Source: a bacterium (lineage in GTDB: Bacteria > SAR324 > NAC60-12). Taken from it: 50,917 bases of DNA. The stretch spans positions 1 to 50,917 of the forward strand of contig CBDDTI010000201.1 of NCBI GenBank assembly GCA_965233585.1, written 5' to 3'. Made by a program: the position numbers and the translations under genes. Positions 1-10,282 of the stretch are shown one piece after another. Every line of letters starts with the position of its first letter. Within the stretch, counting starts at the first letter, position 1. The notes beneath the pieces are model-generated. The model was not told the origin of the DNA. It searched no databases and was given only the letters and a program-made list of their open reading frames with translations.

Positions 1-84
1 GTAAATCCCATTAAATCCCATTCAATGGACCATTTTTAATAGGTAAACCATCAATAAAAGGACCATTTTCTATGGTTCCAAGGC

Positions 85-3000
85 ACTCCCAGCCGCCTCC
101 AGCACCCCCGGCGCCCACGATCTGCCCGCCCTTCTCCATGGCTTCCATGCCCCGCCCCTCGCGGGGTCCGCCGTTCCAGGACCAATACCTAGGCGCCAAG
201 GCGGTCCTAGGAGGATCCACAGCTGGGAGGATGGGAAATCCTATGGGAAATCCTATGGGAATGGATTCTTAAGGGGATAACTCATGGTGATTTACTGCCT
301 TTTTTTGGGGGGGGGATAACTCCATGGGATAACTCATGGTGATTGATTGGATGTTTAAAGATGATTAAAATGGAATTTCATGATTTACTGGGCTTTATTG
401 GGATCCATTCTTTGGGTCATCTTTTTTGAGTTAAACCATTTTTGGGGGCATGTTTGGATGATGGTGGAGATGTTTGAGTAGTTCTGTGATTCGTGTCCAA
501 TATACTTGGGATCACCAAAAAATCACACACTTATTTTGGGGGCAAGTCGGGCAAGTCTTCATTTTTGGAGAGATTCACAAGAACAAACTGAACAAACAGA
601 GCGCGCCCGAAAACTTGGTCGATATAAACCTGAAATGATTGGTCGATGACTTTGCGATAAGGTTGGAAATTAGGGCTGAGTAATGGTGAACCAGAACCTT
701 CACTTTCCAACCAAAAAAATGTCGGAACCAGTTTTGTTTTCACTTTCAGAAGTTTCTCTTCATGTGTGGTATTCTTTCATCGGCTCTTGGATATGTTTTG
801 TTCCATTCATACAGACGTGGCCAATAGGAACAAAACAATCTATGGGGATTTGACCTTAACAAAAAATTGTGTTTGGTTTTTATGGATCCAAGGGATAGAA
901 AATCACAGTTTGTCAGTTTGTGGGCTCTACCTCACAAGACTCAAAAAAAAACAGTTGGACAGTTTGTATGGGATGATTCTAAAACTATTGGAATCAGTTT
1001 TTGCTGTCAGCAGTTCCTGAAAGACTGCGGGAAATACATGGTAGAGCTAGGCTCCACGAAATGATGACTTCAGGTGGACCATCCGATGAACATATTATGT
1101 CAACTACCAAAAACGCCTTCACTGCGTTGAGCTGAAGGAAACATCAGAGAAAACTATGGTTTCAAAAAGGTTTTGCTGTTTTGCAATCAAATACGGCAAT
1201 TTCATTCCGAATTTCGGTTGAATGAATTCTTGAACCCCACTCCACCTTCCGGTTGTATGTTTCATTTCCATAAACTCATCTCGAAGAATCAGCTGTTCCC
1301 CCCAATTGAACTTCTCCAAGATGCACACCAGACTTGGTGCATTTGGGATCATGAAGAACTTGAAAAAGGCGGGTGCCAGCCTCCTCTTCTCCGACGTATC
1401 CTCCGGTGATGTACTTCATGAAGATGGGGAAGTACTTCCTGATCGCAGAACTTGCTTCAGCATGGCTTCCCATATTGGATTGCAATATATTGTAATCATT
1501 CCAATTGACCATCCATATATATATATAATATATATGCAACAAATATATATATATATATAGAATATACAGTAAACACACACAACAACCATTATATAACTCA
1601 TCCTAGCAAGCAGAAAACATTGGCCAGGTGCAAAGTTTGGTTGTTGCAAACCAGCTCCAAACGTTGCCCCTTCGTCACCCTCTTCCAGGGACATCCATTC
1701 CCTTTCTTCACTTTTTTAGTCAAATTCTGATCTGGTTGGTGGTTTCAACCCCTCTGAAGAATATGACAGTCAGTTGGGAGTATTTTTCCCAATATATGGA
1801 AACATACAAGCCATGTTCCAAACCACCAACCAGTGATAAATAAAGCCTAGTGAGCCATGGTCAAAACTCAAAATATGGTCATGCCATGGATAATAATGGT
1901 CATCCATCCGATAGTAGGAATCCTTAATATTGGCTATCAGAAATCCCTGATGTTAAGTCGATGACCATCCTCCCACCGATGAAAACCCAGCTGCGCGCCT
2001 GAACCAGGGTCGCTTTTCTCGGAAAAGAGGTGATTCTGCAATGCATCCTGGGTGGCGTTCCGAAAAAGAACCACTGAGAAAGTGGAAAATCCATGGTTAC
2101 CCTCTGGTAAATTAACATAGCTATTGAAAATAGCCATTTATAGTTGATTTACCCATTAAAAATGGTGATTTTCCATAGTTATGTAAACGTTTACCAGAGG
2201 GTATATAGTTTTCTATGCCCTGTGACACCTGTGATATGTCTTTTCCTGCCATGTTTCTGGAGAATGTCAACTAACCATCCAACTTTCTGTCTATGCCCGA
2301 GGAAGTGGGGAACAGAAGGTCTAAGCAAAGTGCGCAGGCAGGGGCATCAAACTGCCATGTGCGAGGTATAACAACAATTGTCAGACAAAAGGATGCTTCA
2401 AGCATGTTAGACATCATTTTTCATGGTTAGCCAACACATATATCTAAAGTTGGTAATATGTCACACTTAAATCCCAATCAATCCGCTTTAACCCCCGAGA
2501 AATCCCATGGTTTCGGGGTTTCAACCGGTGGCCGCGGCGCCGGGATAGATGGAGCTGAAGGAAATGCCCGTGGAGCGGTGGAAGCGCTCGTGCAACATGT
2601 TGGAGGTCATCATCAGGGCCAGCTTGGTATCCTGCGGATCCGAAGATGACTGAGATGTGACTGAGAATGGAAGGAGACTATATCGACATGGGTATACATC
2701 TGGATATGCTACTTATAGATCAATTTTTGTTTTTTCGGAGTATGAAATTGAACTATTCAGCATTTGCGAGGGATAGAACGGAGATATACAGTCGAATATA
2801 CAACCAAGCGTGATCCAAATGAGACAATGTGAGGATTACAGAGGTGTGTGATTGGGTTTGCAATGGTATACATAGCCAACTTGATATGACTTGGCTGTTT
2901 CTGAAAACGGGTGACTTTCTTTCTATTTTATAGACACCATTTGATTTTGAACCCATATCTTTTGTTGCTTACCATTCCAGAACTTACACCAACGAACATT

Positions 3001-3802
3001 GGGACACGACATAATAAAAAACAATACTGGGCATACAAATATCACTTGGGCAATCTGAAAATGAAGTATACCGTATACCCCAATTTATGGTTGTGTGTTC
3101 TGCCACTGTGCTTGAAACAATGATCATAAACCATGCAAAACCATGCAACACCCACATCATCAATAATGGGGTGCTTGACCATGTTTAAGATGGTTTAAGT
3201 ACGTATCAAATTATTCTACACACCAAACTTGGCACTCAACCAAGAAACCATTGGGATTTAAAGGACGAAACTTGGAATTCAATCAGTCAAAATTTCATTT
3301 GAACCTAGGAAACGTGAGGTTTAACCACCAAGGATTACTGTAGCATTTGACCTATATCATCCTACATCATTTGACCTAGATCATGATCTAAGTTACGATG
3401 ATTTTCGGGGTTCTCTGCTACTGTTGAGTCACTGGTTCTGTCTTCTAGAAGCTGGGATTTCAATCTAAGATGCAGCTTCAGCGAAGCAAATTGAGGAACC
3501 ATTTGCAGGATATGTGAGATGTGTGCTATTCATTTGCCGACGAATCCTTTATGAACTTGAGGGCTCATTCCAGCAAAACTGACTGGTTGTCATTTCTTGT
3601 TTCAATTACGCAAAGGATTATCCCAGAGACTGTCATGTCAATGTGGTACCGTGGTACGTTAAAGATAGACCAAAGCCTACTTTCACATACTTTCGCCTCA
3701 GGATTTTTGCACATCCGCCTTGTACATCTTGGCACCGTTGAAGTTGTAGCCATCCATCATGGCAATCGGTTTCTTACAGCCAAGCTCCAGGCCGTCTAAC
3801 TC
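85..3802 (-). CDS. POR: Light-dependent protochlorophyllide oxidoreductase (LPOR, SDR family), partial: 5 exons at 3802-3719, 2631-2541, 2047-1999, 1438-1325 and 188-~85
   Basis: Exons splice in phase (AG|G acceptors, GC donors) to ELDGLELGCKKPIAMMDGYNFNGAKMYK|DTKLALMMTSNMLHERFHRSTGISFSSIYPG|CIAESPLFREKRPWFR|KYFPIFMKYITGGYVGEEEAGTRLFQVLHDPKCTKSGV|YWSWNGGPREGRGMEAMEKGGQIVGAGGAGGGWE. This includes the SDR catalytic YxxxK (YKDTK) and the LPOR motifs YPGCIA, LFRE and SGVYWSWN. N-terminal Rossmann exons were not found in the window, and the last exon(s) lie left of base 1. Confidence 0.93.
1732..1833. mobile_element. MITE in LPOR intron
   Basis: Perfect 14-bp terminal inverted repeat CTGGTTGGTGGTTT ... 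AAACCACCAACCAG; non-coding; TGAT on both flanks. Confidence 0.8.
2098..2203. mobile_element. MITE (TA-flanked, Tc1/mariner-like ends) in LPOR intron
   Basis: Inverted termini TACCCTCTGGTAAA ... TTTACCAGAGGGTA, with further internal inverted similarity (AACATAGCTATTGAAAAT / ATTTTCCATAGTTATGT). Confidence 0.8.
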
Positions 3803-3862
3803 CTAAACTCGAGACTGCCGTGGTTCATGTGATGAACCAAAACCCAATCGGTAAAAATCATG

Positions 3863-4013
3863 GCCAATTTGTTCAGTTTACCCCTGTTGGTTGATGATTA
3901 TAGAGGATTATACTCCCCAAAATCTTGGGGATGATCATAATCCAAGAACGGGGGATCCATAAAAAAAAACTAACCAGTGTGAAGAAATGATAGAGAGATT
4001 TTGAAGACTGCTC
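3863..4013. mobile_element. Degenerate MITE in LPOR intron
   Basis: Right end TTTTGAAGACTGCTC, weak left end TGTTCA, and internal inverted motifs (TTGGTTGATGATTAT / ATAATCCAA...AACCAG). It resembles a short interspersed dinoflagellate repeat from memory only. Confidence 0.45.
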
Positions 4014-4041
4014 TAAATATTACCTTTGAGGATAGCAGCCC

Positions 4042-4370
4042 TTAGGGTATTCCTCTCCCAGATCCCTCACGAAGTGGACTAGGGTCACGACAAAAGGTTC
4101 AAAGATGTCTTCATGAAACTTTATGCCGCCCCCCCTCTGCTACCCCCCCCAGAAAAATCCAATGTTGCCCTTAATTTGCGTTTTCTTATCCGTTTTCACC
4201 CGGAACACTAATTTGTACTTAATAGGGGCCGTTAACATTGCCGAATGTTACCCTCTCTAATCAGTGAATAATAGCAAAAAATTGTTTTTGCTAATAAGCA
4301 CAAATTAGCGACGCTAATAGTGCACTAATAGCACACAAGTTCTTTTACTAATAGTCACTGATTAGTATTC
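4042..4370 (+). other. Candidate left terminus and subterminal region of the giant element
   Basis: TTAGGGTATTCCTCTCCCAGATCCCTCACGAAGTGGACTAGGGTCACGAC, followed by C-runs, clustered (C)TAATAG-like motifs and three short hairpins (TAACATT-gccg-AATGTTA, TAGCAAAAA-attg-TTTTTGCTA, ATTAGCG-a-CGCTAAT). Confidence 0.5.
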
Positions 4371-4974
4371 AATGCTGAACATTCTCGTTTTCACTACATG
4401 GAACATTTAAGAATATGTTTTGAAACTGTGAGGTTTCTTGTAGAATTGGGTGTAGATCTGGTAAACATTCAGAGGGTTATGCCAAATGTGTGTCAGGTTA
4501 TTGCCAGGGTTCACCGATTTCGGTTTTGGGAAATTTCCTACAAACGCCAACAACACTATTGGTTCACTTTACCCATTACCCATTTTGGGAAAATTCTTGC
4601 AAACGTTAACAACAAATTCATTTTACCCATTTTGGGAAAGTTCTTGCAAATGCCAACCAGAAATATCAGTTCATTTCAAGACAGATTCATTTCAGATCAC
4701 TGGAAGGGCAAAGCAAAAAAAAACAGTGGATGTTTGCTGTCCATCATTTTTGCTCAAATGGAGAAGAGAACAGTTTCCAAGTATGAGGAGATGGCACTTG
4801 TTCCCATACAGAAACCCAGAGATTGAAGGTTGGCACACAAAACAAAGACCTATGTGTTTTCACAAATTCAGCCATAATTCACTTGAACTATTTTTCCAGG
4901 ACACATTTTACTACATTTTTTAGCATTTGAACCACCTGAGCTGCTTCAGAAAGCAGTGGCGGTTGTGCAATGCC

Positions 4975-7900
4975 ATGTCGGACCTTGACAGTGTGGGGAC
5001 GACTGACATAGATAGCCAATCTCCAGATTGGGCACGTTCTAGTGAAACCTCCCTGTTGACACCTGACTTTTCGGAGGACTATCAGTTTTGAAAATTAAAC
5101 ATTTCAAAGTACTTCCATGTCTTGTCATGTGTGGTAATTTTACAACCAAGACTTACAACATTTCCACAGAAGGCAATACTAGTTCTTCATCAACTCCAAC
5201 CCTGCAGGAACTATGGGAGACTGAGGGGTCGCTTGCAAAAGCTGCCCGAATAGTCCAAATTGCATGGAGAACGATCTTGAACAAGATTGGAATTCCACAA
5301 GTGGAGGCACAATTGCACAAATCACTTTTCTTTTCAATAAAATCAGGGAAGGATATTTTTTTGGTTTGAATCAGATCGATTAGGAAAGAATACTTGGATC
5401 TTACTCATTATGAGACCCGCTTACGTTTCAACCTGCCATTTTGCTACACAGGATAGCCTTTTGAGGACAACCACACGGACTTCAAGTACGTGCACTGGTG
5501 CCTACACCAGTGAAATGTCACTAGCAGTGATACAGAAAACAATCAACGAGTCAAAAGCTCTTTCGTTCAATGTGTGCTTTCGACCAGTTTCTGCTCATGA
5601 GACTTGATCAGTTAATTGGAGTTTTTTCAAAATGCCAAATTGACATTTTCCTTATAGAAAATCAGGAACATTATGTTCTATTTCCTACTCAACATTGCAC
5701 ATGTCTCTTGACTACATTGTGAATTGACTGCAAATCATTCATTTGCTTCTTGTATGAATCTACATTAAAAAAAACACGGTGTTTGAGTTGGGAATTCCCT
5801 TAGATTCAAGTAGTTTATATTTGATTGGCCAAAAAAAAATAAATTATATGAGATTGGCTTGGTTGTGGTTCGGTTAGATTGGATTAGATTTTGACAACAG
5901 GTTGAAGGGACTTAGATGGAATGGGATTGTATCAAGTAGTTTGGATTGGATAACCACTAGATTAGATTAAATAAGGCTAGAGTTAGATTAGATTAGATAA
6001 GATTAGATTCGACTAGATTTGACTAGATTATACCAGACTAGATTAGACTAGATTGGACCCTCAGACCAGGCTGGATTTGATTAGATTGGATTAGATTATT
6101 TTTTTTGGGTTAGATAAAAATGTGATTGGACTAGATTAGACTAGATTTGATAAGCTTAGTCTACATTAGCTTAGATTGGAACTTGTTCCCTAATGTTCTT
6201 GAATTTCCCCAAGTTTCACCAATTTTCCCCAATGTCCCCTATTTTCCCTAATGTTTCCTAATTTCCCCAATTTCCCTAAGGTTCCCAAATTTTCCCCAAT
6301 TTCCCCTAATTTCCCTAATGTTCTGTAACGTGCCCTGATGTCCCCAATTTTCTTCAATGTCTCCTAATTTCCCTAATGTTCCCTAATATTCCAGATTTTC
6401 CCTAATGTTCTCTAATGTTCCCCAATTTCCCTAATTTCCTTAATTTTCCCTAATTTCCCAAATTTCCCCCAATTCACCCAATTTTACACAATGTCCCCAA
6501 ATGTCCCCAATTTCCCTAATGTTCCCTAATTTCCCCATATTTCCCTAAAATTCCCTACTTTCCCTAATGTTCCCTAATTTCCCCCTAACGTTCTCTAATT
6601 AATGATCCATAATTTCCTCAATTATCCTGAATTTTCCCAAATGTCCCTTAATTTCCCTAATGTTCCCTAATTTCCCCAAATGTCCCCAAATTCCCTAATG
6701 TTCCCCAAGGTTCCCTAATTTCCTCAAATTTCCCGAATGTCCCCTAATTTCCCTAAGGTTCCCTAATGTTCCCCAAGTTCCCTTAATGTTCCTCAATTTC
6801 CCAAAATTTCCTCAATGTTCCCCAATTTCCCTAATTACTCTAATGTTCCCTAATTTACCTAAGGTTCCCTATTATTCCATAATTTCACCAAATTTCTACA
6901 ATTTCCCTAATGTTCCCTAATTTCCCTAATTTCCCTAAAAGTTCCTTAATTTCCAAAATTTTCCCATTGACTCCAATTTTCTTCAATGTCCACTAATTTC
7001 CCTCAAGTTCCCTGATATTCCTGAATTTCCCTAAGGTTCCCCAATTTCCCTAATTTCCCAAATTTTCCACAATTTGCCTAATTTCCCCAATTTTCCCTAA
7101 TGTTCCCTCATTTCCGCTAATTTCCCCAATGTCCCCTAAGGTTCCTGAATTTCCCCAATTTTCCCCAGACTGCAAAAGTTTAGACTAGGCTAGTTAGATT
7201 AGCCTGGATTAGCTTAGGCTAGACTAGATTTGCATCAAGTAGATTTGCCTAGATTGGATTAGCCTAGATTACTTTAGAATAGATTAATTTTTACTTGATT
7301 ATATTCGGTTAGATTGGACTACGTTTAGGATTAGGTTGTGTATTTTCCAATATCTTTTCTGAAGACGTCAATGAGTCACTATGCCCTGATTGAGGAAATC
7401 AAGCCTTCGTGCCGAGCACTGATTACAGATCATATTGAATGGTGCCAACAGCTTGAGGGCTCTGGTTTTTCTCCACCATGTGTATTTGGAGATGTGCTGA
7501 AATCCCTGCCCGAGAATAGCTACAACAGAGATGACAGTTTTGCAGACAAGTTGTATTCAATTGACCGGGCTCGATTGATGAAGCGCCAGTACTGCTAGAC
7601 ATGTGGGAAACAATGTCCACTTTTCACTCCTGGGGAAGAATCAGAACATGAGACAGCTGGTTTACCATGTGTAGACATGTCAAGTGCTGGCAAGAGACGT
7701 TTTGAGTCCGGCCCAACAGCCCCTATTTTCATTACCCATGGGAAACGACATGTGGCTAAGAGAACACGAGTGATTCTCTTGGAAAATGTCCAGGACAGGT
7801 TTTTTGAAAAAAAAGTATACTTGTATTTCTACCCAGGTTGGAAATGAACAATGTCCAATCAAAGCAATGTTAGGTACAATCAGTTTAATGCTATGCTAAA

Positions 7901-9000
7901 TTTGGCTTCTGTTGTGGTTTGTGTTTACTTTAATTTGCAGGAGCTCCACATGGGCATGATCGAGAAGATCTATGGAAGGCACTACAACATCCACCCGATC
8001 TACATGGATGCTTCAGATTTGGGTCACTCTGGGTCTTCTAGGGCCAGGGTTTATATTATCATGGTTTTGAAGGACGAGGTGGTTCTCACCTATGATTGCA
8101 ACAAGATGTTCAGAGAAATCTCCCACGCTATGACACAGCTTGTGAGCACTTGTCCAGAGGATTATTTTGTGGCTGATGAGACTGATTTAAGACTTGAGGA
8201 AGTAAGGGTTGGACGACAAAGATCCATTCAGGTCAGACCAAATGCAACTAGGATACATTTAGAACCAACAGTACGGTTTTGAAGAAATTGCCCAATGTCA
8301 ATTTCATTCTCTTTTTGTAAGTTTCAGTTTAAACTGTTGAGGGGTAGCTGAGGCAAAATCTTGGTACTACCTTATGACGAAGAGGGAAAAACATGCTATT
8401 CGCTACATCAAGAATTTGTATGTCAAGCGATATGGAAAGGATCCACATGCAAATCGAAATCTGGTGGCCTTCTTGGGAGACAATCCTGAGAAGTTCTTGT
8501 GTTGGTCAGCACCGAGCGGCAAGATACCCACTCTAAGAATGAATTGTGGAAAAATGTACATTGTATCCAAAAACCGATGGCCACTTGAAAAAAAGTAGTT
8601 TTTTTTTCTGTATTTCTGCTCTCATTGTGTTTTTTTTGTGTGTAGCTATGTGCATGTATTTTCCTATTAATATTAGCCAAAATGAACAATCCAATCGGCA
8701 AACCTAATCTAAATGATTTTTATATAATCCAATCTAACTAATCCAATCAAACACATGTTGAAGTTTCTGTACCTTGTGTGTGTGTTTTATCGCTCACTCA
8801 GGATGGTTGGAAAAGAACGGATGGCAACACTTGGTTTCCCTGTTGTTCCGTCCCAAGCTCGATCAATGGGAACACCAGTCTTACCAGTACGTGATCCTCA
8901 AAGGGCAGCGGCGGTTTCGGGCAACAGTATGCACTTTAGTTGTGTAGCTGTGGCACAGATGATTTCCCTGACCTGTTTCTCACCCAAAAATTTCACTTAA
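4975..9000 (+). pseudogene. C5-cytosine DNA methyltransferase; 7 exons (4975-5076, ~5208-5306, 5452-5598, 7395-7793, 7941-8243, 8353-8579, 8802-9000); in-frame TAG at 7596-7598
   Basis: Spliced protein shows C5-MTase motifs in order: I-like STCTGAYTSE; II SAH|EIKPSC; III VFGDV; IV AGLPCVDMS (catalytic PC); VI LLENV; VIII DLGHSGSSRARVYI; TRD IPTL; IX ERMATLGFP; X SGNSM. The only lesion seen is YC*TCGKQC. The exon 2 acceptor is uncertain. Confidence 0.9.
5860..7330. repeat. TAGAT/CTAGAT array (5860-6180, 7180-7330) enclosing a TTTCCCTAA/TGTTCCCTAA satellite (6184-7165) in DNMT intron 3
   Basis: Directly visible degenerate 5-6-mer and 9-10-mer tandem units. Confidence 0.9.
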
Positions 9001-9420
9001 ATTCATGCTGAACAAGGGCCAGAAACTTTTTGGCCACTGCCACATTTGCAAAAAATGAATTTAATTTGCTGAGACAAATGATGAGACTCGTTTTCCTTTA
9101 CTCAATTCACTCTAAAATCTGTGAAGAATGTTCTAGTTGAGAAATCAATTTGCAATCACGTCCTGATGTTGCAATCAATGTTCATTGGCTACAAATTCTT
9201 TTCATACCATTCTTGCTGTTTTTGGAAGATCAAGCCATAGTTAGTCTTGTTTCATCTGACCCATTAACGCCATGAGAGAAAAATTGGTTCACCCATCTTC
9301 GTCTTCAAGATCAGATGAGTCAGAAAGCGATGGGTCCAAGATCAAGCGGCTTTGATTTTGATTAATTGGCAGGTTGCTGGGTGTGTCTTGTTGGGAAACG
9401 GTTTGCAATGACACCAATGT

Positions 9421-9945
9421 CCCCTAATTTCCCTAATGTTCCCTAATTTCCTCAATTTCCCCACTGTTCCCAAATTTCCCTAATGTTACCCAATTTCCCC
9501 AATTTCCCCCAATTTCACCAATTTTCCCTAATGTCCCCTAATTTCCCAAATGTTCCCTAATTTCCTCAATTTCCCCAATCTTCCCCAATGTTCCCCAATA
9601 TTCCGCAATTTCCCTAATGTTCCCTAATATTCCTTAATGTTCACAGTTTTCCCCAATGTCCCCCAATTTCCCTAATGTTCCCCAATGTTAACATTTTTCT
9701 CCAATGTCCCCCAATTTCCCTGATGTTCGTGAATTTCCTTAATGTTCCCTGTAATTTCCCCAAATTTTCCCAATGTTCCGCTAATTTCCCCAATGTTCCC
9801 CTATGTTCCCCTAATTTCCACTGTTTTCCCCAATTTTCCCCAATGTCCCCTAATTTCCCTAATGTTCCCTAATGTTCCCTAGTTTCCCCAATTTTCCCGA
9901 AATTTCCCCAATGTCTCCTAATGTTCCCTAATTTCCCCAATGTTC
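9421..9945. repeat. TTTCCCTAA/TGTTCCCTAA satellite inserted into one copy of a duplicated ~80-bp segment
   Basis: Flanks 9371-9420 and 9946-9970 are contiguous, apart from a few bases, in the second copy at 10096-10176. Confidence 0.85.
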
Positions 9946-10282
9946 TCTTTGTCACTGATAGGTAAGAAGTAGCAATTTTCCCGTTGGTTTGCCACCACTA
10001 AAGAAAACCTTCATAAAAAGAAAAAGTGCCAAAAAGGAACCCCCAGGGGTTTGGCTTTTTTTGGCTTTTTGGGCAAGCCAACGGGAAAATTACAAGGTTG
10101 CTGGGTGTATTTGATTGGGAAACGGATTGCAATGACATCATTGTCTATTTTTTCTTTGTCACTGATAGATAAGAAGCCTGCTAAACAATAGAACATCTAA
10201 AAATACCTGCAAGAAATCTTTTCGGGAACAATGCAATATCAGAGAAAAATTGCACCAAAACAATTTTGTGTTCCCAGATTGA

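Noticed and set aside
4398..4923. Two overlapping ~145-aa ORFs upstream of the DNMT
   Set aside because: No recognisable motifs; they span short local duplications (CCCATTTTGGGAAA) and are probably chance ORFs.
5436..5451. GCCATTTTG resembling a relic dinoflagellate spliced leader
   Set aside because: Only 9 bp match, and it is simply the 3' end of an intron.
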